DNA from: Acidimicrobiales bacterium
GTDB lineage: Bacteria; Actinomycetota; Acidimicrobiia; Acidimicrobiales; Bog-793
Direction of reading: 5' to 3'
DNA length: 64,000 nucleotides
NCBI GenBank assembly: GCA_050008715.1
Contig: JBEKMC010000001.1
Coordinates: 25,280-89,279, forward strand
The position numbers and the translations under genes are program-made. The notes beneath the pieces were generated by a model. It had not been told where the DNA came from. It saw only the letters and a list, made by a program, of their open reading frames with translations, and did not search any database. Shown here in pieces: positions 19,701 to 29,325 of this stretch (its first letter is position 1; each line of letters opens with the position of its first letter).

Positions 19701-22169
19701 CAACAGGTGCTCGCCGAAGTGCTCCGCCACGAGACGCGCTGGCTGCAGCCAGGCGAGTACTTGAGCGGCGTCCTGGCTGCCTGCATCGGGCTCGGGATGA
19801 GAGGGCGCATCCTCGAGCAGGTCGCCTGGGTCGAGGAGGCGACCTGGCATTCCGGCGCAGCCACGCGCATCGCGGACGGGACGGTGACGGGGCTCGACTT
19901 CGTCGGGATCGGGATCTCCGGGCTCCTCGAGCAGCCGACGCTCGGATTGGAGCGGATCGGGCGGGTGCGGGAGCGTTTTGCCAGCACGCAACCGTCACGC
20001 CTCTCCGTCGCCGGCTATCAGGTGGCCCTCACGACGTTCCACTACGGGCTGAACGAGCTCGGACTGCCGTTCGAACAGTCGATCTCGGCGTTCCGCGCCC
20101 AGAAGCTGCCACCCTGGAACTGCCCCTACAACCTCTCCATGTTCTGGATCATGCAGGCCTACGGGAGGCTCTCACAGCTGCTGAACGGTCCTCCGGAAGA
20201 GCGCAAGGAGCGGGCACGGCAAGCACGGAGAGCAGTGCGGGACCTGCACATCGCCTCCCGCACGCCCTTGCTGCGGGCTCACTACCACGCGGCGCGCGGC
20301 GGTCTCCTCGTGGCGAAGGGTCGCTACAAGGCTGCTCTGCGTGCCAGCTCGAAAGGCCAGTCCCTGCTCATCGGGCTCGATGGGCCCGGCGTCGAGATGG
20401 CCATCCAAATGGTTCGCAGCCGGGCGCTCGCCGGCGCCGGCTACCAGGAGGAGTCGGACCGGTTGGCCGTGGCGGCCTCGCGGCTCGCCGAGGACCTCGG
20501 TGTCACGGGTTTCGTCCGCTGGATTCAGCCGCGGGTCATCGAGCGCCCCCGCCGCGGTCCCTTCGCTCACTCCGTGCGCGCCCAGTCCATGGGCGCAGGC
20601 CCGGTACGTGTGTCCGGCTTTCACGCCATCGGTGCCGGCGGGGTCCGCGTCGCCAGCCGAGCCGCCCGCCAGCTCGAGGCGCTCCTGCAAGTCGGAGCGG
20701 CCGCCGCCCGCGTTCTCGACCCTGAGGAGCTCGCCCGGCTCGCCCTCGACGAGACCGTGCGAATCCTCAATGCCGAGCGGGCGCTGCTGTTCCTCACGAA
20801 CGAGAACTCGGGCCTCGTGCGACCGCACCTCGGGAGGGACGCCGCCTGCAACGACTTGAAGGAGCTCACGGGATACTCCTCGACCATCGTCGACCGGGTC
20901 GTGGCCACCCGGGAGGCCATCGTCCTCACCGGGACGGAGGAGGGCGCCGCCCTCGGGTCGGAGAGCGCCGTCACCCACGGACTGCGCTCGATCCTCGTGG
21001 CGCCACTGCAGATCGAGGACCGCCTGCTCGGCGTCGTCTACCTCGACAGCCGCCTGGCAAAAGGTATCTTCACGAACGACGACGTCGAGATCCTGAGCGC
21101 CATCACCTCGAACATCGCCTTCGCCCTCGAGACGGCCCGCCTGGCCGAGATCGAGATGTCGGTCGCGAGCGAGCGGCGCCAGCGTCAGGTGGCCGAGCTG
21201 CTACGCGACTCGATGCGCTCGATCGGCCAGAGCCTGGAGCCTCGCGGGGTGCTGCGCTCCATCCTGCAGACCTCGGTCTCGGCCCTCGCCGCCGATGCCG
21301 GTGCCATCCTGCTCGCCGACGGGGAGCGCCTCGAGATCGCCGCCGCCATGGGCGGTGGCGTGTCGCTGCCGCCGGAAGGCTACGACCTCGCCAAGGCGGA
21401 CCAACCGGAGATCGCCGAGGCGCTCCGGTCCCGCAAGCCACTCGCCGTCGCCAGCGTCATCAGCGAGCGCAACTCTCCGCTGTTCGGCCTCCTCGGGCGC
21501 GCCGGTTCGTTCATCGTCGCCCCGCTCGTGGAACGCGAGCGGGCGGTTGGCGCCCTTGTGATCATCGCCCGCCGGCCGAACGCCTTCGGCCAGACCCAGA
21601 CCGAGGTCGCCGCCGCCCTCGCCGGCCAAGGTGTCGTCGCCTACGAGAACGCCCAGCTGTTCGCTCGGGTGCAGACGCTGGCGCAACGCGACGAGCTGTC
21701 CGGCGTGGCCAACCGGCGCTACTTCTTCGAGACGGCCGGCCGCACATTCCGGGACGCCCGCCAGGTCGGCACGCCGCTCTCGGCCATGATGCTCGACATC
21801 GACCACTTCAAGAACGTCAACGACCGCTACGGCCACGCCTCCGGGGACGACGTCATCAGGGTGGTCGCCCAGCGGGTCACGAAGGTGATCGGCTCGGGTG
21901 ACATCGTCGGGCGCTACGGCGGCGAGGAGTTCGCCCTCGTCGTGCAAGCTCCCCTCAAGGACGCCCATGAGCTGGCGGAACGTCTTCGCCAGGTCATCAA
22001 CGAGGCGCCGATCGCCACGGCCGCCGGGCCCGTCGAGGTGACCGTCTCGGTCGGCGTCGCCGAGATGGACATGCGGGACGCAGACCTCGGTCGCCTGCTG
22101 CAGCGGACCGACGCCGCCCTCTACGAAGCCAAGCGCGGTGGTCGCGACCAGGTCGCCCGCGCTTCGTAG
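16764..22169 (+). CDS. multidomain signalling protein: Hanks-type protein kinase - AAA_16/STAND P-loop ATPase - helical/TPR repeats - GAF - GAF - GGDEF
   Basis: The 1801-aa product has these parts. Kinase: LGRGATTAVY, YAVKIQ, HRDVAPRN, DFGLAT, YSAPEQ. P-loop: VGRETEL...LIESDPGGGKTRLVAELA. Two GAF-like segments. GGDEF: RDELSGVANRRYF...LDIDHFKNVNDRYGH...GRYGGEEFALV. Confidence 0.85.
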   Translation: MTATYLRPWMGEEVPTEASRIAIPGFELVEELGRGATTAVYRAVRDGEDYAVKIQELSGPDDISRLTFRREAAILAAIRHPCLGKVYEVGETNRVSYLAMELIGGRTLAQAIDEEGALPEARVLSLAADVASALEVAHRVGLVHRDVAPRNIVLRSDGRAVLIDFGLATQIGTRQPEDAVIGTVLYSAPEQTGMVRRPVDRRSDLYSLGAVLFECVTGRPPFRAADAGEVVRMHAVQAPPDARALEPNVSVQLSRILAKLLAKDPDDRYQDAGSLLSDLEALRRGTLQTEAPLGHSVSDRPTTMVTLVGRETELSALLETANECRTTGVGSAVLIESDPGGGKTRLVAELALIARGNGMSVLETHIGLDHPGPLGPLARALGRFLADLETRDPETLAHLREQMGLGRSGAADSLVGLSQNLDRFLSVGAERAAEPSFHEFAVIEAAHLLMSVANASTGGALLVIDNAHLADDATHRVLSYLAPELDRLPLMVVLTARTDPANTPAVQRLRSEMGDAVRRRIELPPLSDAQIEGVLSWQLGGDALEPSLANEITIRANGNPSAAVEYLRSALEAGVLRPYWGTFSVDAEALASLDLPMDVRGLALRRLDGLRPATRWLLTEAAVIGSSFNVDLLATITRWPTGDVHVALGEAARARVVEAHESERYVFLDEGVRDVLLSSIDAQASQQAHELLARALQETGDSRPEILYDIARHYALGEIATEPRRCFQANHRAARLALAAQADDDALAFLATAEVVAAEYRLTVGSAFEADYGTALARSGKVPEALAHYENALRLERERIGKARIHEHVARVYFAQTNGTLGLQHARAGLAELGKPLPSSNVLAVLSTLWKCFLGLVLGVTRIGFGGAKRGKREQVRLECRLLEVAGDSADLEHRSFLSVGAALRALLPANRLGHSREYVGVYAHLGVVLAQIRLVNFARIVARHTTRVAERSGDQGTLVHAKLLEAISLEFQGESVQSQQVLAEVLRHETRWLQPGEYLSGVLAACIGLGMRGRILEQVAWVEEATWHSGAATRIADGTVTGLDFVGIGISGLLEQPTLGLERIGRVRERFASTQPSRLSVAGYQVALTTFHYGLNELGLPFEQSISAFRAQKLPPWNCPYNLSMFWIMQAYGRLSQLLNGPPEERKERARQARRAVRDLHIASRTPLLRAHYHAARGGLLVAKGRYKAALRASSKGQSLLIGLDGPGVEMAIQMVRSRALAGAGYQEESDRLAVAASRLAEDLGVTGFVRWIQPRVIERPRRGPFAHSVRAQSMGAGPVRVSGFHAIGAGGVRVASRAARQLEALLQVGAAAARVLDPEELARLALDETVRILNAERALLFLTNENSGLVRPHLGRDAACNDLKELTGYSSTIVDRVVATREAIVLTGTEEGAALGSESAVTHGLRSILVAPLQIEDRLLGVVYLDSRLAKGIFTNDDVEILSAITSNIAFALETARLAEIEMSVASERRQRQVAELLRDSMRSIGQSLEPRGVLRSILQTSVSALAADAGAILLADGERLEIAAAMGGGVSLPPEGYDLAKADQPEIAEALRSRKPLAVASVISERNSPLFGLLGRAGSFIVAPLVERERAVGALVIIARRPNAFGQTQTEVAAALAGQGVVAYENAQLFARVQTLAQRDELSGVANRRYFFETAGRTFRDARQVGTPLSAMMLDIDHFKNVNDRYGHASGDDVIRVVAQRVTKVIGSGDIVGRYGGEEFALVVQAPLKDAHELAERLRQVINEAPIATAAGPVEVTVSVGVAEMDMRDADLGRLLQRTDAALYEAKRGGRDQVARAS

Positions 22170-22193
22170 GCCAAGCTCGTCGTAGATGGGGCG

Positions 22194-23045
22194 CTACCGC
22201 TCGACGAGGTAGTAGTCCTCGACCCCTGTCGAGACGAAACCACAGCTCTCGTACAGGTGCAGTGCCGCAGGATTGTCGACGAGCACCTCGAGATGCACCG
22301 ACTCGATGCCCTCGGACCGCACCGCCCGCGTGATCGTGGACAGCGCTCCCCGCCCGTAGCCGCGCCCCTGCAGCTCGGGCACGATGACGAAGCCGTAGAT
22401 ACCAGCATCGTGCGCCACCTCGTCACGGTCGACGCGGACGACCCCGACGCGTGTGCCGGCAGTCTCGATGACGATTGTCTGCCTGACTCGTTCCTCCCAG
22501 TCGTCACGGTCGACCGCCTCGGTAGGGAGCCCGAAGCCGCGGGCGGTGCAGTCCCGCACGAAGTCGAGGTCGTCCGAGACAGCGGGCCGCAGGGTCATCT
22601 GCTCGTGTGCACCCTGCAGCTCGGGTGCATGTTCCTGGCGCATCCGGTGTTCGGAGGACTGGAGCGTGCCACCGCGCCCCGCAGCGAAACCCACCCCTGC
22701 CGCACACGACCGGTCCACGATGAGGAGCACGCGCCCGACGCCGCGGCTGCGCAGCTCGTCCATGGCCGCGTCGAGCAGGCGGGTAGCGATGTGCCGGCGG
22801 CGGTGGCGGGGATGAACCATCCCGCAGATCTCGACCTCGGTCGGTATGTTCTGGTAGATGCCGCAGAACCCGGCGATCTCGCCGTCGGCCGTGCGCCAGA
22901 GGAAGTCGTTCGCCAGCTCGGGGGAACGAGTGCGCAGCGTTCCGTACTCGAGCTTCAGGCGACCCCCGTCGACGGCGCCGCAGGCGGCCTCGAGGCTGGC
23001 GATAGCGCTCAGTTGCGTTGCGCCCAGCCCGCGGGAGATCTCGAG
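22194..23045 (-). CDS. two-domain GNAT N-acetyltransferase (MshD-like architecture); start codon unresolved
   Basis: The C-terminal GNAT domain carries VPELQGRGYGRGAL. N-terminal GNAT-like sequence (LEISRGLGATQLSAIASLEAACGAVDGG...EICGMVHPRHRRRHIATRL) continues in frame upstream of the first canonical start (ATG 22820). Confidence 0.6.
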   Translation of the reverse strand, partial: LEISRGLGATQLSAIASLEAACGAVDGGRLKLEYGTLRTRSPELANDFLWRTADGEIAGFCGIYQNIPTEVEICGMVHPRHRRRHIATRLLDAAMDELRSRGVGRVLLIVDRSCAAGVGFAAGRGGTLQSSEHRMRQEHAPELQGAHEQMTLRPAVSDDLDFVRDCTARGFGLPTEAVDRDDWEERVRQTIVIETAGTRVGVVRVDRDEVAHDAGIYGFVIVPELQGRGYGRGALSTITRAVRSEGIESVHLEVLVDNPAALHLYESCGFVSTGVEDYYLVER

Positions 23046-23051
23046 CCCGCC

Positions 23052-23126
23052 AGCGTTGGAGTCACCGGCGTTGGGGTCGCCGGCGTTGGGGTCGCCGGTC
23101 TGAGGGCTGCCGGCGTGAGGGCTGCC
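23052..23126. repeat. 5 x 15-nt tandem repeat (two sub-families)
   Basis: The units are agcgttggagtcacc, ggcgttggggtcgcc (x2), ggtctgagggctgcc and ggcgtgagggctgcc. They lie between the rpsT stop and the GNAT domain. Confidence 0.9.
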
Positions 23127-23136
23127 GGCCGTGACC

Positions 23137-23418
23137 TCACTCGTCGCCGGAGCGCTCCTCGACGAGGTCGGCGAAGTGCCGGACGAGGCGTGACTTGCGC
23201 CGGGCTGCCTGGTTCGGGTGGATGATGCCCTTGGCGGCAGCTTTGTCGATGCGCTTGACAGCGAGGCGCAGACGATCGCCCATGTCCTCGGCGCCGGTCT
23301 CGGCTGCCCGAAGGGCGCCCTTCGTACGCGTCTTCAGCTCCGAGCGGACGGCCTTGTTGCGCTCGTGGCGCAACTTGTTCTGGCGGTCCCGCTTGATCTG
23401 ACTCTTGATATTGGCCAT
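23137..23418 (-). CDS. rpsT: 30S ribosomal protein S20
   Basis: The 93-aa product reads MANIKSQIKRDRQNKLRHERNKAVRSELKT...GIIHPNQAARRKSRL. Confidence 0.95.
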   Translation of the reverse strand: MANIKSQIKRDRQNKLRHERNKAVRSELKTRTKGALRAAETGAEDMGDRLRLAVKRIDKAAAKGIIHPNQAARRKSRLVRHFADLVEERSGDE

Positions 23419-23443
23419 GTCTTCCTCAGACGCGAATCGCTGT

Positions 23444-23494
23444 GTACTCGAAGTTGACGGGTACTCGGCGATAAAGGGTACTCGGACGATGTCG
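23444..23494. repeat. 3 direct repeats of GTACTCG phased exactly 17 nt apart
   Basis: The units are gtactcgaagttgacgg / gtactcggcgataaagg / gtactcggacgatgtcg, in the rpsT-lepA divergent intergenic region. Confidence 0.85.
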
Positions 23495-23586
23495 TGCCGG
23501 GACCTGGTTCGGCCCGCTGCTAACGGGCACGATCGTATCAGGAGCCCGGACCGTCCCTGCCCGTGCGGCTCGCAGGGAGCCGGCGA

Positions 23587-23616
23587 GGGCTGGCCGGAGG
23601 GGGGCTGGCCGGAGGG
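23587..23616. repeat. 2 x 15-nt perfect tandem duplication (gggctggccggaggg)
   Basis: It lies immediately upstream of the lepA start region. Confidence 0.9.
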
Positions 23617-23648
23617 GAGCGCTTCAGGTGGCAGCATGGTTGGCCGCC

Positions 23649-25436
<1,788 letters not shown>

Positions 25437-25504
25437 GGCGGGGACGCCGCCAACTGGCCGCTTGTCCTGCTCAAGGCCGAAATGCCGATAAAATCAAGGG
25501 CATT

Positions 25505-26548
25505 GTGAGCGGTACGCCGGAGACGAGGGACCTCGACGAGCGGAAGGCCGCCATTTTGAAGACGGTCGTCACCGACTATGTCGAGACGGCCCAGCCGGTG
25601 GGATCCTCCCAGGTCGCCCGAGATCCCACGATCGAGGTCTCGCCCGCGACGATCCGGGCGGACATGGCGGCGCTCGAGCGCGACGGCTACCTCATGCATC
25701 CGCACACGAGTGCGGGCCGCGTGCCGACGGACAAGGGTTACCGTTTCTTCGTCGACCACCTGGCGACGCCGATGCTGCTCGGCGAGTCGAAGCAGGAGCA
25801 GATCCAGGAATTCTTCTCCCGCGCCCACGGTGAGCTCGAGCGCATGCTGGCGGACACGAGCCGGCTCCTCGCCCAGCTGACCGATTCGGCCGCCATCGTC
25901 GTCGGGCCGGGCCACGAACGACTCGTCGTGCGCTCGGCGCTCGTCGTCCGCATCTCGTCGCACGCCGGCCTCGTCGTCGTCGTGTTGTCGAACGGCGTCG
26001 TCGAGAAGCACACCGTCTCCCTCGGCGCCGACGTGGCCGATGGCGACATCGAAGCTGCCAGCAGCTACTTGCAGCAGCATTTCGCCGATTACTCCCTCAC
26101 CCAGCTCGTGCCCGGCGGCGTCTCGCTCCCCGGCAGCCGTCGCCTCGAAGTGGACGAGGTGGTCGCCGCCTGCCGGCAGGCGCTCACCGACTCCGACGAT
26201 GCCGAGCAGACGAGCGACCAGGTGTTCGTGGGCGGGGCGGCGAGGATGGCGGAGCGTTTCGAGGCGGTCGACCAGGTGCGGGCCGTCCTCGGGATCCTCG
26301 AGCAGTCCTTCGTCGTCGTGTCGCTGCTCCGGGATGTGCTCGCGCAGGGACAGTCCGTCGCCATCGGCTCGGAGCACGGGCTTGCACCGCTCTCGACGTG
26401 CTCGCTCGTGGTGGCTCCGTACGTGGGCGAGGACGACGCCGTCGGCACCATCGGTATCCTCGGCCCTACGCGCATGGACTACCCGCAAGCTCTCGCTACC
26501 GTCGCCGTCGTCGGCCGGCGCCTGTCGCGAGAGCTGCGCCGCGGGTGA
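25505..26548 (+). CDS. hrcA: heat-inducible transcription repressor HrcA
   Basis: The GTG start gives VSGTPETRDLDERKAAILKTVVTDYVETAQPVGSSQVA.... Confidence 0.9.
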   Translation: MSGTPETRDLDERKAAILKTVVTDYVETAQPVGSSQVARDPTIEVSPATIRADMAALERDGYLMHPHTSAGRVPTDKGYRFFVDHLATPMLLGESKQEQIQEFFSRAHGELERMLADTSRLLAQLTDSAAIVVGPGHERLVVRSALVVRISSHAGLVVVVLSNGVVEKHTVSLGADVADGDIEAASSYLQQHFADYSLTQLVPGGVSLPGSRRLEVDEVVAACRQALTDSDDAEQTSDQVFVGGAARMAERFEAVDQVRAVLGILEQSFVVVSLLRDVLAQGQSVAIGSEHGLAPLSTCSLVVAPYVGEDDAVGTIGILGPTRMDYPQALATVAVVGRRLSRELRRG

Positions 26549-26603
26549 GCGCGCAGACCTCTGCCGTGCGGCACGCCGCACCCTGAATCCGGATACTTGA
26601 GAC

Positions 26604-27743
26604 GTGGCCACTGACTATTACGAGCTGCTCGGCGTCAGCCGGAACGCCAACGAGGACGAGCTGAAGAAGGCCTACCGCGCCCTCGCTCGGGAGCTGCACC
26701 CTGACGCCACGGGCGGGGACCAGGCGACCGAGGAGCGGTTCAAGGAAGTCACGCTCGCCTACGAGACCTTGCGCGACCCGGAACGGCGCCGGCGCTACGA
26801 CATGTTCGGGCCCGAGGGCGTACGTGGATCTGGCGCCGGCGGCGGAGGCGGCGGGGGCGACCCCTTCGGGTTCAGCGGCAACCTCGGTGACATCTTCGAC
26901 GTCTTCTTCGGCGGTGGCGGGGGCGGTGGCTTCGGCAGCCAGGGCCGCCCGAGCGCACGCCGCGGTGCCGACGCCGAAGTCGTCCTCGACCTCTCGCTGA
27001 CGGAGGCCGCCTTCGGGGGCACGAAGGACGTCAAGGTCAATACCCCCGTCGCGTGCACGACGTGCTCGGGCAGCGGAGCCCGGGCGGGGACCTCGCCGAC
27101 CACCTGCCCCGATTGTCGCGGTGCCGGCCAGGTGCAGCGAGTGCGCCAGTCACTGCTCGGGCAGATGGTGACCGCGACGCCCTGCAACCGTTGCCAGGGC
27201 ACGGGCGAGACCGTCGCCTCGCCGTGCCCCGACTGCCGCGGCCAGGGCCGGCGCAACGAGGAGCGCACGCTGTCGATCAACGTGCCGGCCGGCGTCGACA
27301 ACGGCGCCACCTTACGCGTGACCGGCAACGGTGCCGCCGCCCTGCGGGGCGGTCCCGCCGGGGACTTGTACGTGCATCTGCGCGTTGCGGCCGACCCACG
27401 TTTCGACCGATCCGGCAACGACCTCGTCGCCACTGTGCACGTGTCCTTCGCACAGGCGGCGCTCGGTGCCGAGCTCGAGATCGAGACGCTCGACGGTACG
27501 TCGCAGATCGACGTGCCGCCCGGCACCCAGTCGGGCAAGATCATCCGCCTCGGCGGCCTCGGTGTCCCGAAGCTGCGCGCCCGCGGCCGCGGCGACCTGC
27601 TCGTGCACATCGTCGTCGACACGCCGACGAAGCTGTCGAAACAGGAGGAGGACCTCGTCCGGCAGCTCGCCGAGCTCCGCGGCGAGGCCGTGGCACCGCC
27701 CGACCACGGCCTGCTGTCCCGCCTGCGCTCCCGCACGCACTAG
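26604..27743 (+). CDS. dnaJ: molecular chaperone DnaJ
   Basis: It has a J domain (DYYELLGVSRNANEDELKKAYRALARELHPD), a G-rich linker and four CxxCxGxG zinc-finger repeats. The start is GTG. Confidence 0.95.
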   Translation: MATDYYELLGVSRNANEDELKKAYRALARELHPDATGGDQATEERFKEVTLAYETLRDPERRRRYDMFGPEGVRGSGAGGGGGGGDPFGFSGNLGDIFDVFFGGGGGGGFGSQGRPSARRGADAEVVLDLSLTEAAFGGTKDVKVNTPVACTTCSGSGARAGTSPTTCPDCRGAGQVQRVRQSLLGQMVTATPCNRCQGTGETVASPCPDCRGQGRRNEERTLSINVPAGVDNGATLRVTGNGAAALRGGPAGDLYVHLRVAADPRFDRSGNDLVATVHVSFAQAALGAELEIETLDGTSQIDVPPGTQSGKIIRLGGLGVPKLRARGRGDLLVHIVVDTPTKLSKQEEDLVRQLAELRGEAVAPPDHGLLSRLRSRTH

Positions 27744-27754
27744 CCGTCCTTCCG

Positions 27755-28567
27755 GTGCCACAGGCCGCGTCCGTCCCACCGCTCCTGCGACAGGCCGCCG
27801 CCCTCGTCTACGTGACGGACCTGGAGTCACCCGAGCTGAGCGCCGACGACGCCCATCACCTGTCGGCGGTGCTGCGGCTCCGCCCGGGCGAGGTCGTCGC
27901 CATCGCCGACGGTGCCGGGCGCTATCGCGGGTGCCGGGTGACCGCCGGGAGCACCGGTGCCGACCCCCGGGTGGTCGCCTCGGGCGCGGCGGCGGCCGCC
28001 GGCCGCGTGGACCGCCGGCGCGGGCGGCCCGCGCCCGTCGTGCTCGAGCCGGACACCGACGTGGCGGTCGTGGCGAGAGTGGAGCCGGAGCTGACGGTGG
28101 GTTTCTCGTTGGCGAAAGGTGACCGGGGCGACTGGGCGGTGGCCAAGCTGTCGGAGCTCGGCGTCGACCGCATCGTGCCGCTCGTGTGCGAGCGGACCGC
28201 CGTCCGCTGGAGCCAGCAGGCCGTCGACCACCAGATCGAACGTCTGCGGCGCATCGCCCGCGAGGCGTCGATGCAGTCCCGCCGGGCGTGGCTCCCCGTG
28301 GTCCTGGACCTGCTGCCGCTGGCCGAGGCGGCCGCGACACTGGGAGACGGCATCGCCTTGGCCGAGCCCGGCGGTGCGCCACCCTCCCTTGCACGGCCGA
28401 CGGTCCTCGTCGGGCCGGAGGGCGGCTTCTCTCCCCGCGAGCTGGCGATGGGGTTCCCGCAGGTCGGGCTCGGGGACACGATCCTGCGGATCGAGACGGC
28501 CGCCGTCGTCGCCGGCGCCATGTTGGCGGGGTTTCGCGCCGGTGTGCTGGGGCACCATCCGGCCTAG
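27755..28567 (+). CDS. rsmE: 16S rRNA (uracil1498-N3)-methyltransferase RsmE
   Basis: The product contains ...GDRGDWAVAKLSELGVDRIVPL...LVGPEGGFSPREL...LRIETAAV. The start is GTG. Confidence 0.85.
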   Translation: MPQAASVPPLLRQAAALVYVTDLESPELSADDAHHLSAVLRLRPGEVVAIADGAGRYRGCRVTAGSTGADPRVVASGAAAAAGRVDRRRGRPAPVVLEPDTDVAVVARVEPELTVGFSLAKGDRGDWAVAKLSELGVDRIVPLVCERTAVRWSQQAVDHQIERLRRIAREASMQSRRAWLPVVLDLLPLAEAAATLGDGIALAEPGGAPPSLARPTVLVGPEGGFSPRELAMGFPQVGLGDTILRIETAAVVAGAMLAGFRAGVLGHHPA

Positions 28568-28740
28568 CGGCGGCCTCAGAGTGACATCCGACCGCTGAGA
28601 GTAGTAGTCTTGACCGCGTTACGTGGTAATACTCGGTCCTGCCGCCAGAGAACCATCTTCTGACGGGCCCCGGGCGAAGCAGGTTCGGGTAGGACGCGGC
28701 CCGCAACGAAGCCGCCGCGGAGAGAGGGTGCGAGGCGAAG

Positions 28741-29325
28741 ATGAGCACGGGAGCGGCGAGAGTTTCCGAGAACAGCCTGACCGACGACGAAGTGGCGCGC
28801 TACGCCCAGGTGGTCGGTCTTCGCCTGCGGGCCGTCCGGCGCCAGAAGCGCCTCTCGCTGCAGGCCGTCGAGCGTGCCTCCGGGGAGGAGTTCAAGGCGT
28901 CCGTCCTCGGTGCCTACGAGCGCGGCGAGCGCACCATCTCGGTCCCACGCCTGCAGCGCCTCGCCCAGATCTACGCCGTGCCGGTCGACCAGCTGCTGCC
29001 GGCCGACATGTCGCAGCCGCTCGGCCGCGCCGCTGCTGCCTCTGCTGCCGCCCGCACGACTGCGGGCTCGGACCGTACGGTGCGCAAGATCACGGTCCAG
29101 CTGGAGCGGTTGAACGAGGCGACCGGGCCCGAGCCGGACCTGCTCCGCCACTTCCTCGCCTCGGTGCAGGTGCAACGCCAGGACTTCAACGGCAAGGTGA
29201 TCACGATCCGCGAAGGCGACCTGCGCGTCATGGCCTCGATGTTCGGCCGCAGCGTGGAAGCCCTCGCCGTCCGCCTCGAGGAGCTCGGCCTGCTGTACCA
29301 CCCGAGCTCGAACGGCACCGGCTGA
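28741..29325 (+). CDS. bldD: BldD-family developmental transcription regulator (XRE HTH plus c-di-GMP-binding C-terminal domain)
   Basis: The 194-aa product is collinear with Streptomyces BldD as I recall it. Shared segments are LRAVRRQKRLSLQAVE...VLGAYERGERTISVPRLQRLAQIYAVPVDQLLP and VQRQDFNGKVITIREGDLR, which carries the RxD-x8-RxxD motif. Confidence 0.8.
   Translation: MSTGAARVSENSLTDDEVARYAQVVGLRLRAVRRQKRLSLQAVERASGEEFKASVLGAYERGERTISVPRLQRLAQIYAVPVDQLLPADMSQPLGRAAAASAAARTTAGSDRTVRKITVQLERLNEATGPEPDLLRHFLASVQVQRQDFNGKVITIREGDLRVMASMFGRSVEALAVRLEELGLLYHPSSNGTG

Noticed and set aside
25437-25504. Expected a CIRCE operator (TTAGCACTC-N9-GAGTGCTAA) upstream of hrcA-dnaJ.
   Set aside because: No CIRCE-like inverted repeat is visible in this 68-nt region or between hrcA and dnaJ. 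Only an AT-richer -10-like stretch (gataaaat) is present.
26566-26581. GTGCGGC-AC-GCCGCAC inverted repeat between hrcA and dnaJ, considered as a possible attenuator or terminator.
   Set aside because: The loop is too short for the full stem, there is no U-tract, and hrcA-dnaJ are normally co-transcribed. It is probably insignificant.
28610-28632. TTGACC ... TAATAC promoter-like hexamers and a TTAC-GTG-GTAA palindrome upstream of bldD, considered as a sigma-70-type promoter plus a canonical BldD box.
   Set aside because: The spacing between the -35-like and -10-like hexamers is only 11 nt. The palindrome spacer is 3 nt, against the 5 nt of the Streptomyces BldD box as I recall it. It is kept only as a weak note inside the BldD finding.
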